Virus record (IMG/VR): IMGVR_UViG_3300048996_000137
Coordinates: 627 to 64,626 of that record
Source of the DNA: a virus
Lineage: Duplodnaviria > Caudoviricetes
Strand: one strand, 5' to 3'
DNA: 64,000 nt
Part shown: positions 28,240 through 37,990 of the stretch, piece after piece
How the letters are laid out: each line of letters starts with the position of its first letter
Numbering within the stretch: the first letter of the stretch is position 1
Notes under the pieces: generated by a model
Databases searched by the model: none
Seen by the model: the letters and a program-made list of their open reading frames with translations, nothing else
What the model was told of the DNA's origin: nothing
Program-made: the position numbers and the translations under genes

Positions 28240-29109
28240 CTACTTGGTCGTGATCTTGATCACGCCCGGCTTGGTCGAGCCGCGCACGCGACGGTAGCGG
28301 TGCGCCGCCCAGTACGTGTGCATCGCGATCAAGTCGGTGTCCGCGAGCGCGTCGTAGTCGGTGACGACCTTCGGCGGCGCCTGCCACCAGTACGCGAGCG
28401 CGGCTTCTTTCATCAGCAGCATCTCGTACTTCTGCGCGCCGTCGTTGAACGTCTTCATCTTGTCCGACACGACGACCGGGATCCCGTTGAACATCGGGAT
28501 CGGCTCGGCGCGCGTCGGCGTCGTCATCAACTGCTTTCCCGTCGAGTCCTTCAACTTCATCAGGTCGCGATACAGCTTCGAGTGCATCGCGAGCAGACGG
28601 ATCGCGTCCTGCTGATCGCCCCACAGGCCCGTCGCGTCGATGATGACGTCGATGTCGATCTTGCCGCTGCCGATGCCGCTCACATCGAGAGTGAACTCGG
28701 CCGGCACGCCGGTGTTCGCGACTTCGATCAAGGCCTTGTCGACGCGCCGCGTGTTGATCACGCGGAACTGTCGTCCGGCTTCCGCGTACGGATCGCCGAG
28801 CGAAGCCATGCGCGCCCACTCGGTGATCTCGAACGCTTTGCCCGAGTGCCTCACCGTCGCGGTATCCGCGTCCATGCTGATGCTTTCGGGCGTCAGCGCA
28901 TCGCCTTCGTTGACGATGTCCTCCATCTCACCGAGCGTGCCGAAGTAGGGCACCGTGACGGTGTCGCCACCGCGCTTGTCCATCGGCAGCGTGTTGCTCA
29001 TGACGGCAACGCCGCTGCCGACGAGCACGTTTTGTCCCTCGAACTCGCCCTGTACTGCGTCGACGAGGATCTCTGGAATGACGAGGTCACTACGTTTGGT
29101 CAATGCCAT
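28240..29109 (-). CDS. Major capsid protein
   Basis: DL.IPEI, GDTVTVPYF...G, EGDAL, GDPY.EA.RQ, MHSK. Confidence 0.9.
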   Translation of the reverse strand: MALTKRSDLVIPEILVDAVQGEFEGQNVLVGSGVAVMSNTLPMDKRGGDTVTVPYFGTLGEMEDIVNEGDALTPESISMDADTATVRHSGKAFEITEWARMASLGDPYAEAGRQFRVINTRRVDKALIEVANTGVPAEFTLDVSGIGSGKIDIDVIIDATGLWGDQQDAIRLLAMHSKLYRDLMKLKDSTGKQLMTTPTRAEPIPMFNGIPVVVSDKMKTFNDGAQKYEMLLMKEAALAYWWQAPPKVVTDYDALADTDLIAMHTYWAAHRYRRVRGSTKPGVIKITTK

Positions 29110-29165
29110 TGCCGCGGCCCTTCTCCTTGGATGTCAGTGTGATCAGCCCAGTGAGCGGGGCGCGG

Positions 29166-30476
29166 TTAGCGCTGCTCCTGTTGCGCTCGCATCGCGGCGT
29201 ACTGCTCGCGATTGTCGACGTAGAGCTCGTGGCGCTCCTGAGGCTTCAGCTCGCCCCACTTCTTGCCCTTCCACTTCAGCTCGATCTCGGAGTCGTCGTT
29301 GCCGCCGCCGCCGCCATCCGCGGCAACCGTCTTGGGCTGCTTGACGGGTTTGCCGTCGATCGACAGCACGTGCGGCGCGACCTGCAGAAAGGCCTCGAGC
29401 TCGCTGACGGAGCGGCTCTCGTAGTGCTTCTCGAGCGCCGGCGTGAGCTTGCGACCCTTCGGATCGGCCTTGTCGGCGGCGAGCAGCGTCACGCGCTTTT
29501 GCGCGTCGAGCGCAGCTGCATGCGAGCTCGCGTCGGACAGGAGCTTCGGCACCTGCGCCGCGGCTTCGGCCATGCCGCGCAGCGCCCCGAGTACTTCCTC
29601 GTCGTTGTCGCGCTTGGTGATCGCTCGCAGCTCGACCATCAAGCTGGTCGAGCGCTGGTGCTGCTGCTTCATGCGGTCGATCGCGTGAAGCACTGCCGAT
29701 TCGTCTGCGTTTCCGTTCGCGCCGAGCGCGAGCGCAATGGCCGTGAGACTCATGTCGTCTGTCCTTTCGTTGTCGTCGTCGTGCAGCGAGCCGTGGTCGC
29801 CGCGCTCGTCGTCTTCCGCGCCGCTGCGCAACAGAAATGCGCTTCGGCACGCGTGCATCACATCGGCCGGCACGTGCTCGTAGCCGTAGCGACCGAGATC
29901 GAAGTGCAGTCGCACCGACTTCGGCGCCGTCACGTTCTTGCCGCGCACGACTTCATCGACGAGGCCTCGCTCGAGCGCCTGGTCGGGCGTGAGCCACGTC
30001 TCAGCCCGCATCAGCTCGAGCATTTCTTCTTTGGGCTTGCCGCAGCGCTGCGCGTACAGCAGCGCCGCTTCATCGCTGATCGCGCGGAGCCGATTGATCG
30101 ACTTCTGATGCGCGACGTCGTCACCGAACGTGTTGCCGCGCGCGGTGTGCATCATGTAGCTCGAGCCCTGATGCATCCGGACGCGGTCGGCCGCGGTGCA
30201 CAGCACGCTCGCGACGCTCGCGGCGAGGCCTTCGACGTCGATTTCGACTTTCGCCGGATGCGAGGCGAGCATCGAGCGCATCGTCATGCCGTCAAACGCG
30301 TTGCCGCCCGCCGACGACAGCTTGATGTTGATCAGCTCAACGTTCGGGTTTTCCTTCAACCGCTCCGCGAGCCAGGTCGGCCCGATGCCGTCGCGGAAAA
30401 TGAAGTGCTCGCCGATGTCGCCGTACATCTGCAGTTGCAGCTGTGCGCCGCCCGCGAGAAGGAGGGCCTTGTGCAT
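29166..30476 (-). CDS. ClpP-like head maturation protease with scaffold extension
   Basis: SSAGGNAFDG, EGLAASVAS, MMH, ETWLT..AL..GLVDEV; then MSL..IA.ALG scaffold region. Confidence 0.9.
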   Translation of the reverse strand: MHKALLLAGGAQLQLQMYGDIGEHFIFRDGIGPTWLAERLKENPNVELINIKLSSAGGNAFDGMTMRSMLASHPAKVEIDVEGLAASVASVLCTAADRVRMHQGSSYMMHTARGNTFGDDVAHQKSINRLRAISDEAALLYAQRCGKPKEEMLELMRAETWLTPDQALERGLVDEVVRGKNVTAPKSVRLHFDLGRYGYEHVPADVMHACRSAFLLRSGAEDDERGDHGSLHDDDNERTDDMSLTAIALALGANGNADESAVLHAIDRMKQQHQRSTSLMVELRAITKRDNDEEVLGALRGMAEAAAQVPKLLSDASSHAAALDAQKRVTLLAADKADPKGRKLTPALEKHYESRSVSELEAFLQVAPHVLSIDGKPVKQPKTVAADGGGGGNDDSEIELKWKGKKWGELKPQERHELYVDNREQYAAMRAQQEQR

Positions 30477-30501
30477 TGGGGAGCCTTCGGTGAAGTGCCG
30501 C

Positions 30502-31200
30502 TTACGGCTGCAGCGTCTTTTTGCGGCGCGCGCGCTGCTTCTGTTCGTGCTGCGCGAGCGCAGTGGGGTCGTACGAGCTGCGGTCGAGCTCGAGCTCGGC
30601 GCGCACCGGAGGCGCGTAGCCAAAGCCCGGCTGCGGTTGGTGCTTACTCTTGATGTGCGCGCTCACTCCGTGCCGCGAAGCGGTGCTCGCGCTCACGCCG
30701 CGAACCCCCAACCGGCAGCCGTGATGCAGTGGCGGCCACATCAGCAGAAGCCCGGGGTTGTTCGCGCGCACCACCGTGCGATGGAGCGAGCGGCACAGCT
30801 TGGTCGTGCCGCTATCGAGCACGGCCCAGTACATCCGAAAGGGCTTCTGCCCGAGCTCGAGCTGCTCCCAGCGCCCCACGTTGAGCGCGGTCTGCGTCTG
30901 CGTCTGAAACGTCGTCTTGAGCCGGTGGCTATCCACCTGCGCGAAGTCGTCGCGAAGCTTCTTTTTGAGGTGCGCCTGAAAGCCGGCGAAGTCGTCGCCC
31001 TTTTTCACTGCCGCGGCGAGCGCGTTGAGCGCGGCTTGCACGACGTTGAGCTGCGTGACGCCGCTGATCGTGAATGCGGTCAGCTTCGCGCGCCGCTCGA
31101 GCGCGGCGTACTGAGCGTCAGTCACGGCCGTGCGCGAACGAAACCACTTCACCGCCGCGCGTCGCTCGAGCGGGCTCGTCGGGACTTTGCGCCAGGCCAC
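30502..31200 (-). CDS. Phage MuF-like minor head protein (short, no toxin tail)
   Basis: AFTISGV, GRWEQ, YWAVLDS.T...C..L, PPLHHGCR. Confidence 0.9.
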   Translation of the reverse strand: MAWRKVPTSPLERRAAVKWFRSRTAVTDAQYAALERRAKLTAFTISGVTQLNVVQAALNALAAAVKKGDDFAGFQAHLKKKLRDDFAQVDSHRLKTTFQTQTQTALNVGRWEQLELGQKPFRMYWAVLDSGTTKLCRSLHRTVVRANNPGLLLMWPPLHHGCRLGVRGVSASTASRHGVSAHIKSKHQPQPGFGYAPPVRAELELDRSSYDPTALAQHEQKQRARRKKTLQP

Positions 31201-31203
31201 CGA

Positions 31204-31458
31204 TCACTCCAGCGCGTCGTCGTCATCGTCTTCGCGCACGAAGTAGTAGGTGCCGCTGAGAGCTCGATCTACGGCTGCGTAATACGCTGCGCCGTTGGCG
31301 GGCGTCAGCAGCCCCGCGCCCGTGACGATGGTCTTGATGTGCGGGTAGAGATCCAGCGTCGCGGGCGGATCGACGACAACTTGCCCGCCCACGAGCTCGA
31401 ACGTGCACAGCGTCTCGTGTTCGAGGCTGTCCGGATCAACTTGGATGAGGCGTTTCAC
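31204..31458 (-). CDS. Small acidic protein; candidate partner/immunity of the portal-fused kinase
   Basis: GTGA-coupled to portal-kinase stop; TPANG.AY...L.GTY motif. Confidence 0.6.
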   Translation of the reverse strand: MKRLIQVDPDSLEHETLCTFELVGGQVVVDPPATLDLYPHIKTIVTGAGLLTPANGAAYYAAVDRALSGTYYFVREDDDDDALE

Positions 31459-34337
31459 TTGGTCTTCCGCGAAAGCCGCGTGATCTCTTCGAGGTCTTTC
31501 TTCGAGAGCTCGTCTCTGCGAAACCGCTCTTCGGGAATCGCGTTGATCCAGTGGTGAACCGACTCGGCTGCGTCGTGCGCCGCGCTCCAGCGATAGCCAT
31601 CCTGAAACTGGCGCGGCTCGTGCTGCAGCGAACGCACGCGCGCGAGCGTGGATGCGATCTGGTGCTCGGTGATGCCGTGGTCGTGCAGCATCGAGGCCAC
31701 GTGCTCGAGCTTGAGGCTCTGGAGCGCCGAGACGTGCTCGGGCTGAAACTTCACAACTTCCTCGGCGAACGAAGGTGTTTGCTCGATCGCAAACAGGAAC
31801 CGCGCCGGCCTCTCCGGAAATGTCAGGCCATGGTCGATCGCGACTGGGCGAAACGGATGCGCGTCGGGACCGTCCTCATGCCACAACGTGTTTTGCGGGT
31901 TGCGATCGTCGTTGCCGGCGATGAGGTCGAGCATCAGCATCCGCTTCGAGGCCGGATGCGCGCCGAGCTTGGCGAGCTCGGCGTCCCTGGAATCACGCGG
32001 ATCTGCCGACGACCGCTGCTCAGCTCGCCCGATCGAATCGAAGTACACATTCATGCTCGACTTCGCGTTGGGCTCCCACGCCTGCAGCGAGCCGTCCTTG
32101 CCGTCGTGCTCGCGGTGCACGGTGTGCGGCACCATCTTGTCGCCGGCCAACATCTGATCGAGCTTGTGAAACGCCTGTTCGCGACGACCCATCGAGCCAT
32201 TCGCAAGACCCGCGCGGTACTCCTCCATCTGCGGGATCGGCGGGTTGGCCTTCCAGATCGCGTGCTGCTCGTGGCCGTTTTTGTCGCGCAGCGTGAGGCG
32301 CTTCGAACCGAAGTTGCCCGTGTTCACATCGGTGGTGCTGACAACGTTGAGCTTCTCAGCCGTCATCCACTCGGGAGCCGCAGAAGCACCGCCGGGGGCT
32401 TTCTTGTCGGCAGCAGTCTTGCGCGATTTGCCGCTACGAGCTGGTTTGTCGCCATGCTCGGTCCCGCTTGCCGCTTTCTTCGTCTTCGTCGTCCTGGCGG
32501 CCGCTGGCTTCGCCGCGCGCGCCTTCACCTTTGCGATCCGCTCACGTGATGCTTTGCCGCGCTTGGCTGCAGCGCCGCCCGGACGCGATGCGAACCGCCC
32601 ACCCTTGCCGTGGTTCGGGTTGAACAGCTCGGGCTCGAGCGACAGCCCAGGCTCGAGCTCTTCGTCGTCTTCGTCCTCTTCGTCGTCCTCGTCGACCGCG
32701 TGACGGCCCGCGAGGTTCGCCATCACGATGCCCGCTTCCAGAATCTCAGCGAGCGTGTCGGGATCCTGCTCGTCCGCGAAGGCCTTCAAGATCGCCGCGC
32801 GAGCACTCACGTAGTCCGTTGCGCCATCGACGGCCGCAACCAAGCGATCGACGAGCGGCTGCAGCGCCTGCGCACCCTGCGCGACCGAAGCGTCCGCGAC
32901 GTCGTCCACGTAGAGCTGACCGTTTACGAAGCCGGTGCTCGACTCTTCTTCTTCGTCGTCGTCGGCCGCGAGCCTGGCGCCCGGCTTGCGGGTCGGCTTG
33001 GTGCTACTGGGGAGTTTTTTTTTCAGGCCGCCACCGCCGCCGCCACCAGCTGCGCCCGGTGGAACGGGTGGAGGATTGGCCGCGTCCTTCTCGGCCTGGC
33101 TCATCTCAGTGAGCTTGACGCCGTACTGCTCTTCGATCTCCGCGGCGGTGAGCTTGAAGCCCGCTTGCTGGATCGCGCCGAGCGCGGTGCCGAGTGTCGC
33201 GAGCGTTTCGACCTTCGCGCCTTTGTCCTCGGGCGGGTCGGTGTTGTAGCGAGGGAACGGCGCGAGGCCGCGATCGCCGAAGTTGTACTCAGCCCACCAC
33301 GGCAAGCTCTGCTCTTGCAGAATCCGTCCGAGCTTCTTCGACATGTACCTGAACACGCGGAGCTCTTTGCGCTCATGCGTGTTCGCGGCGGCGTAGCTGC
33401 CGCCCTCCACTTCGGTCGTGAGGTTTTGCCCGACGAGCGCAAGCGTGAAGCCCATGTTCGCGGCTTCGATCTGCGCCTTGTAAATCGACTCGGTGCCGGC
33501 GGTCAGCTCGACGAGCTCGAGCGTGAACCCCTGCGGCAAACTGATGACCGCGTCCTTCGCGAGGTTGAAGATCTCGTTCGCGAGCGCGCGCCGGTCTTCG
33601 GGCAGCGCGCCTTCATTTGAGTTGAGGACGAGCTTCGAAGCTTTCTCCGAATGCACGCCCCAGTCGCTCATCGCGTAGCGCTTGAGCATCCACCACGGCG
33701 AGCAGCCTCGCCATTTGCCGTTCGACCACGGCCGGTAGTCACCCTTGAGCGTGCCGATGATCCATTCGCCGTCGCCGGCGACGATGGGCGTGTCGCGACC
33801 GCTCTCGTCGCGGAACAGCCACGTGTTGTGCTCCCAGTCCCAGCGAAAGTGTTTCGGGTGGTACGTCTTGAAGACGGGCAAGACGCGTCCGCCAGACTTC
33901 GAGGGAAGCCACTGCACGTGCCGCCCGAACGCCAGGCCCACGATCTCGAGCCAATCGAGAAAGCTCGCGAGCTCGTCTTCGCCGTACGCGAGCGGCCAGT
34001 CTTCCTCGAGCTCGGCGGCTTTCTCCGCATCGCCGAGTGTCGAGCGCGCGTCCTTCTCGAACGACAGATCACAGCCGAGCACGCCGCCGCTGACGTCATC
34101 GAGCAGCTTGTTGATCCGATCGTCGGCGATCATCTGATCGCCGAGATCACCGAGCCGAATCAGATCGCCGCTGTCCGCAGTCGCAGTGAGCGTTTGCAGC
34201 GAGCGCGGCGTCCAGTGGAGATAGCTCCGAATGGACGGCTGACTGAGAACCTGCCCCTTGCCACCCTGAATGAGCTGCAGGTGGCCGCGCCGGTTTTTCT
34301 CCGGCGTGCCCGCAGTGGGTGGTCTACGGATGGCCAT
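31455..34337 (-). CDS. Portal protein (DUF935/Mu gp29-like) fused to C-terminal PI3/4K- or HipA-like kinase domain
   Basis: Portal motifs LVGQNLTTE..GGSYA...HE and C-terminal ANLAGR; then AIWK, RREQAFHKLD, VPHTV, GSLQAW, LDLIAGNDDR..N, AIDHGLTF. Confidence 0.85.
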   Translation of the reverse strand: MAIRRPPTAGTPEKNRRGHLQLIQGGKGQVLSQPSIRSYLHWTPRSLQTLTATADSGDLIRLGDLGDQMIADDRINKLLDDVSGGVLGCDLSFEKDARSTLGDAEKAAELEEDWPLAYGEDELASFLDWLEIVGLAFGRHVQWLPSKSGGRVLPVFKTYHPKHFRWDWEHNTWLFRDESGRDTPIVAGDGEWIIGTLKGDYRPWSNGKWRGCSPWWMLKRYAMSDWGVHSEKASKLVLNSNEGALPEDRRALANEIFNLAKDAVISLPQGFTLELVELTAGTESIYKAQIEAANMGFTLALVGQNLTTEVEGGSYAAANTHERKELRVFRYMSKKLGRILQEQSLPWWAEYNFGDRGLAPFPRYNTDPPEDKGAKVETLATLGTALGAIQQAGFKLTAAEIEEQYGVKLTEMSQAEKDAANPPPVPPGAAGGGGGGGLKKKLPSSTKPTRKPGARLAADDDEEEESSTGFVNGQLYVDDVADASVAQGAQALQPLVDRLVAAVDGATDYVSARAAILKAFADEQDPDTLAEILEAGIVMANLAGRHAVDEDDEEDEDDEELEPGLSLEPELFNPNHGKGGRFASRPGGAAAKRGKASRERIAKVKARAAKPAAARTTKTKKAASGTEHGDKPARSGKSRKTAADKKAPGGASAAPEWMTAEKLNVVSTTDVNTGNFGSKRLTLRDKNGHEQHAIWKANPPIPQMEEYRAGLANGSMGRREQAFHKLDQMLAGDKMVPHTVHREHDGKDGSLQAWEPNAKSSMNVYFDSIGRAEQRSSADPRDSRDAELAKLGAHPASKRMLMLDLIAGNDDRNPQNTLWHEDGPDAHPFRPVAIDHGLTFPERPARFLFAIEQTPSFAEEVVKFQPEHVSALQSLKLEHVASMLHDHGITEHQIASTLARVRSLQHEPRQFQDGYRWSAAHDAAESVHHWINAIPEERFRRDELSKKDLEEITRLSRKTK

Positions 34338-34364
34338 GTTGGTAGAAGGGCGGGGGAGGCAGAC

Positions 34365-34748
34365 GTGACGAAAATCACTGACGAAGAAGCCATCGCCGCG
34401 GGTGCAGAGCCGGAGGACACCGACTCGCTGCACGCCGCGCGGCTGCAAGAAGAGAAAGCGCAGCTGCTCGAGCGCGACCTGGTCACCGCCCGCATCGACG
34501 TTCAAAACCGGACACAGTGTCTGCAGCGTGCGGTGCGGGTGCTGCAGACCTTCAAGAGCAATGCCGAGCTCGCGCAAGCGAAAGCGGCCGATGTGGAAAA
34601 GATGCTGAGCGAGCGCGCAATCGACGCCGGCGACGAATACACCGAGGGCACGAGCTGGAAAGAGCTTGGGCTAAAGCACGCTGCCGCCGCGGAAGCGTGG
34701 ACCAAGGCGGCGCAGCTGCTGCGCGAAGCGCTACAGGCTTACGTATGA
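34365..34748 (+). CDS. Helical hypothetical protein, antisense to late operon
   Basis: GGAGG RBS before GTG; fills terminase-portal gap. Confidence 0.6.
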   Translation: MTKITDEEAIAAGAEPEDTDSLHAARLQEEKAQLLERDLVTARIDVQNRTQCLQRAVRVLQTFKSNAELAQAKAADVEKMLSERAIDAGDEYTEGTSWKELGLKHAAAAEAWTKAAQLLREALQAYV

Positions 34749-34764
34749 ACGACGGGCGCTACGA

Positions 34765-34956
34765 ATGAACGTGCAACTCGAACTGTTCCCGTTACCGGCG
34801 ACGACCTGTCGCTGCGGGCGCGCCCTGACGGCTTTCATCAACTGCTACCGCGAGCGTTGCGATCACTGCATCTTGCGCGAGGGTCCGCCGCCGGCCGGCG
34901 AAGATCCGGAGGCCAAGCGCGTCGCCCTCAAGCGTTGGCTGAACGCTCAGGTGTAG
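34765..34956 (+). CDS. Small Cys-rich protein
   Basis: QLELF, CRCG, CDHC. Confidence 0.5.
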   Translation: MNVQLELFPLPATTCRCGRALTAFINCYRERCDHCILREGPPPAGEDPEAKRVALKRWLNAQV

Positions 34957-36425
34957 CGACCGCCGCCGCCGAGCACTCCGTAATCGTCGAGGTACAACAG
35001 CGCCGCATCGACACCGCTGACAATCGCATCCGTTTGATCGGACACGTCCTGCTCTGCGCCGGTGAAGCTCGTCAGCTCATCGACGAACACCGGCTGCCAC
35101 GGGTGCGCCTCGATGTCTTCGGGCACAAGAATGCGGCCGAGGTTCCAGAGCTCGCTCGAGGTGAGCGAGCGCGTCAGCTTGTCGCGACCCTTCGGGTCCA
35201 TCACGACGAGCGGGATGCCCTTTTCGCGAATGAACGAAGCGCAGCCCGCTTCAGTGCCCGACGCGTACCAGTAGAACTTCGCGCGACGTGTCGAAAACGC
35301 TGCCTTGAGCGTCAGCGTGAAGCTCGGCGCCTCGACCTGCTTGCGCTGCACATCCACGACGTAGAACAGATAATCTTCTTTGCGCTGCTTCTCGCCGCGT
35401 TTGGTCTTCGCCGGCGGCACAACCCACAGCGTCACGAGCACGCTCCAGTCCGCGCGCGTTTTCGCGGTGTACGCGAGGTCTACGCCGTACACGACGCGGA
35501 AGCCCTCGGTGGGCAACTCGCGATAGTACGTCGGCGTCTTGAAGAGCGTTCCGCCGCGAGGCTGCGGCTGGCCCTGATACAGACTCGCGAAGTTCCACTG
35601 GTTGGCGAGCTGCCGCTCGAGCAGCATCGACAGTGGCCGGTGCGCTTCCCACAGCGCTTCGCCAACCGCCCGCTCGTCGCCGGCGGGCATGTCCTCGCCG
35701 TCGCAAATCGCTTTGAGGTTGATGTACTCGAACCCCTGCTCGCGCACGAGGTAGCCGGACAGATCGTCCGGATGCCAGCGCGTCGCCATCACGATCACGC
35801 TCGAGCCCGGATGAAGCCGCGACTCGACGGTGCCGTGGTACCAGTCCTGCTGGTACGCGCGCGTCGCTTGAGATTCCGCTGCGCCGCGATCCTTGAGCGG
35901 ATCGTCGACCATCATCACGCCGTCGATCGGCTCTCCGGTGAGCCCGCCGCCGACCGAGGTCCACACCACTTGGCCGAGCTCTTCGTTGAGCCACAGGCCA
36001 CCGTTCGCGACGGTCAGCGGCACGCGCGCGCGCTGCGCCGTTACGAGCGCTTTGCGCGAGACGCGTCGCGCGCGATCGTCGTTGTACGTCGCGTACGCGA
36101 ATCGCAGCGCGGGCCACTTGCGCAGCCAGAAGCAAATCGCGTGGACAACCGTTTCGGTCTTGCCGTGCTGCGGCGGAGCCGCGAACACGATCCGCAAGTT
36201 CGCGCCCGGCGCCCGCTCGAGCACATCGACGTAGGGCTTGAGATGGAGCGGCGGTTCCCAGCGCGGTGTGATCCGCGGGATCCACTCCATCAGCGCGTCA
36301 GTGAACTGAGTTGGGTCCTGACTTAGGTCCGCGAGCAGCAGGCGCTGGCGGACTTTCTCTTCGAGCGAGGTATGCCGAGCAGAGTGCGCGGAAAACTTCT
36401 GGCTCAAGTAGCCCTTGGGCAACAT
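34947..36425 (-). CDS. terL: Terminase large subunit (start uncertain, perhaps nearer 36290)
   Basis: APPQHGKT Walker A, GG.LTG, VDDP.K, TRWHPDDL.G, LYQGQP, VDLA, FT...DQ.DA. Confidence 0.95.
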   Translation of the reverse strand: MLPKGYLSQKFSAHSARHTSLEEKVRQRLLLADLSQDPTQFTDALMEWIPRITPRWEPPLHLKPYVDVLERAPGANLRIVFAAPPQHGKTETVVHAICFWLRKWPALRFAYATYNDDRARRVSRKALVTAQRARVPLTVANGGLWLNEELGQVVWTSVGGGLTGEPIDGVMMVDDPLKDRGAAESQATRAYQQDWYHGTVESRLHPGSSVIVMATRWHPDDLSGYLVREQGFEYINLKAICDGEDMPAGDERAVGEALWEAHRPLSMLLERQLANQWNFASLYQGQPQPRGGTLFKTPTYYRELPTEGFRVVYGVDLAYTAKTRADWSVLVTLWVVPPAKTKRGEKQRKEDYLFYVVDVQRKQVEAPSFTLTLKAAFSTRRAKFYWYASGTEAGCASFIREKGIPLVVMDPKGRDKLTRSLTSSELWNLGRILVPEDIEAHPWQPVFVDELTSFTGAEQDVSDQTDAIVSGVDAALLYLDDYGVLGGGGRYT

Positions 36426-36900
36426 CGAGGAACTCGTTGAGCTGGTCGTCGATCGTGTGAACGACGCGTGGCGACCAGTGCTGCGGGTTGCGGAGCGCCA
36501 GGCGTTGGAACGCGACCATCGCGGCCGATTCCTTCACCTTCTGCGCGGCGCCCATCTCGCCGGCGAGCTGCAACATCTCATCGGTTGTGATCGCGTAGCG
36601 GTGCCCGCAGCGCTCGCACGCGACCGGCTTGTGGTCGAGGTTCGCCGCGCGCGCGGTCGTGATCACGTCGTTGACTTCGCCCTCGTCGGACGCCTTCTGC
36701 GCCTCTTCGAGAAAGAGCGTGTACTTGTTGCGTTTGCCCGCGGCCGCGGCCGCACGCCACTCGTGCAGCCGCTGGCGGCGGATGCCGCACGCAGACAGCG
36801 CGGTGGAAAGCGTATTGCCGCCTCGGACCAGCAGAAGCACGCGCTCTCGAACTTCTTCGAGGCGCTTGGGCGCTTCAGACTTCTTCTTCGGCGGCAGCAC
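36298..36900 (-). CDS. Terminase small subunit-like protein (HTH + CxxC)
   Basis: N-terminal HTH (GNT..A...CGI....L.EW); L.LR.PQ.W; upstream of terL. Confidence 0.7.
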   Translation of the reverse strand: MLPPKKKSEAPKRLEEVRERVLLLVRGGNTLSTALSACGIRRQRLHEWRAAAAAGKRNKYTLFLEEAQKASDEGEVNDVITTARAANLDHKPVACERCGHRYAITTDEMLQLAGEMGAAQKVKESAAMVAFQRLALRNPQHWSPRVVHTIDDQLNEFLDVAQGLLEPEVFRALCSAYLARRESPPAPAARGPKSGPNSVH

Positions 36901-37990
36901 GCGCTACGTCCGTCAGCGGTTCTTCGTCTGCTTTTTCTTCGTCTTCTTGGCCGACTTCTTCGCTGCCTTCGCCGGTGCGCTCGGCGCTTTCTGTGCCGTT
37001 CTCTTCGTCATGCTCGTCTCCAACAACGGGGTGCTCTTCGTCCTGTTCGAGCTCGGGTAGTTCGCGGTCGACGATCGGGATCGCCACGAGCGCATCGCGC
37101 GCCATCGCGGCCTCGCGCTCAGTCATCTGCGTGATCTCACGGGCGGCGGCTTCGCGCGACTGCTCCGCGATGCGGGTCTGCTCGGCGCGCTGCTGCTGGT
37201 AGAGCGGCTCGAGCAGCGCATGCAGGCGCTTGCCGTCCTGGAATGTGTTGATCTCGAGGCCGAGCGTTGTCATGAACTTCTCGCTGTCCTCGACGTCCTT
37301 GAACACCACCACGATGTAGAAGTGCTCGCGATCGCGGCCCGCGTTCAGGTTCGCAGTCACCGCGTCGATCGCACCGCTCACATCGCGCTGCGCCTGCGCG
37401 AGCGCTTGCAGCTCCACGCCATGCTCGAGCGCAAAGGGGCTCTCCCCCAGCACGTGCATGATGTCCGCCATGTCGAAGCCGGTGGCTTCGAGGCGCAAAC
37501 CCTCGGTCCGCAGCGCCGCATCGAGCTTTTCGAGATCGAACAGCCCGTGCGTCTCGGGGTTGTTCAGCAGGATGTTCGCCTCGACCTCTTCGGCGAACGT
37601 GAGATCGACCTCCGCAACCTGCAGCGCGTACGCGGGCTTGCCGCCCGCGAGCTTGTCGAGCAGAGCGAGGCGCTGATGGCCGCCGACGAGCGTGCCACTG
37701 CGCCCGTTCCATACGAGCGGCTGGAGCAAGCCCAGCTTCTCGAGCCCGCCGCGCAGCTTCTTACGAGACTGGTCGCTGATCACGCGCGGGTTGTATTCGG
37801 CGTTCTTGATGTCCGCGCGCCAGATCGTGCGAGCTCGGTACTTCTGAAGCGGATGCACGTGCGCCAGCAGGTCGGCGCCGACGTCGCGTTCGGCTCCCCC
37901 TCCCACTGCAGCCATTCTCGGTGCATCCCCTGCTACCGCAGCACTTAGCGGGGAGACCGGGTCGTCGGTGGGCTCAGATGCCGACGCCAT
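36875..37990 (-). CDS. ParB/Srx-like domain protein
   Basis: AEYNPRVIS, GLLQPLVWN..SG.LVGGHQRL, E..ANI.LNN. Confidence 0.9.
   Translation of the reverse strand: MASASEPTDDPVSPLSAAVAGDAPRMAAVGGGAERDVGADLLAHVHPLQKYRARTIWRADIKNAEYNPRVISDQSRKKLRGGLEKLGLLQPLVWNGRSGTLVGGHQRLALLDKLAGGKPAYALQVAEVDLTFAEEVEANILLNNPETHGLFDLEKLDAALRTEGLRLEATGFDMADIMHVLGESPFALEHGVELQALAQAQRDVSGAIDAVTANLNAGRDREHFYIVVVFKDVEDSEKFMTTLGLEINTFQDGKRLHALLEPLYQQQRAEQTRIAEQSREAAAREITQMTEREAAMARDALVAIPIVDRELPELEQDEEHPVVGDEHDEENGTESAERTGEGSEEVGQEDEEKADEEPLTDVARAAAEEEV

Noticed and set aside
34338-34577. 80-aa N-terminal extension of portal in the ORF track
   Set aside because: Overlaps a better + strand gene; ATG34337 is more plausible
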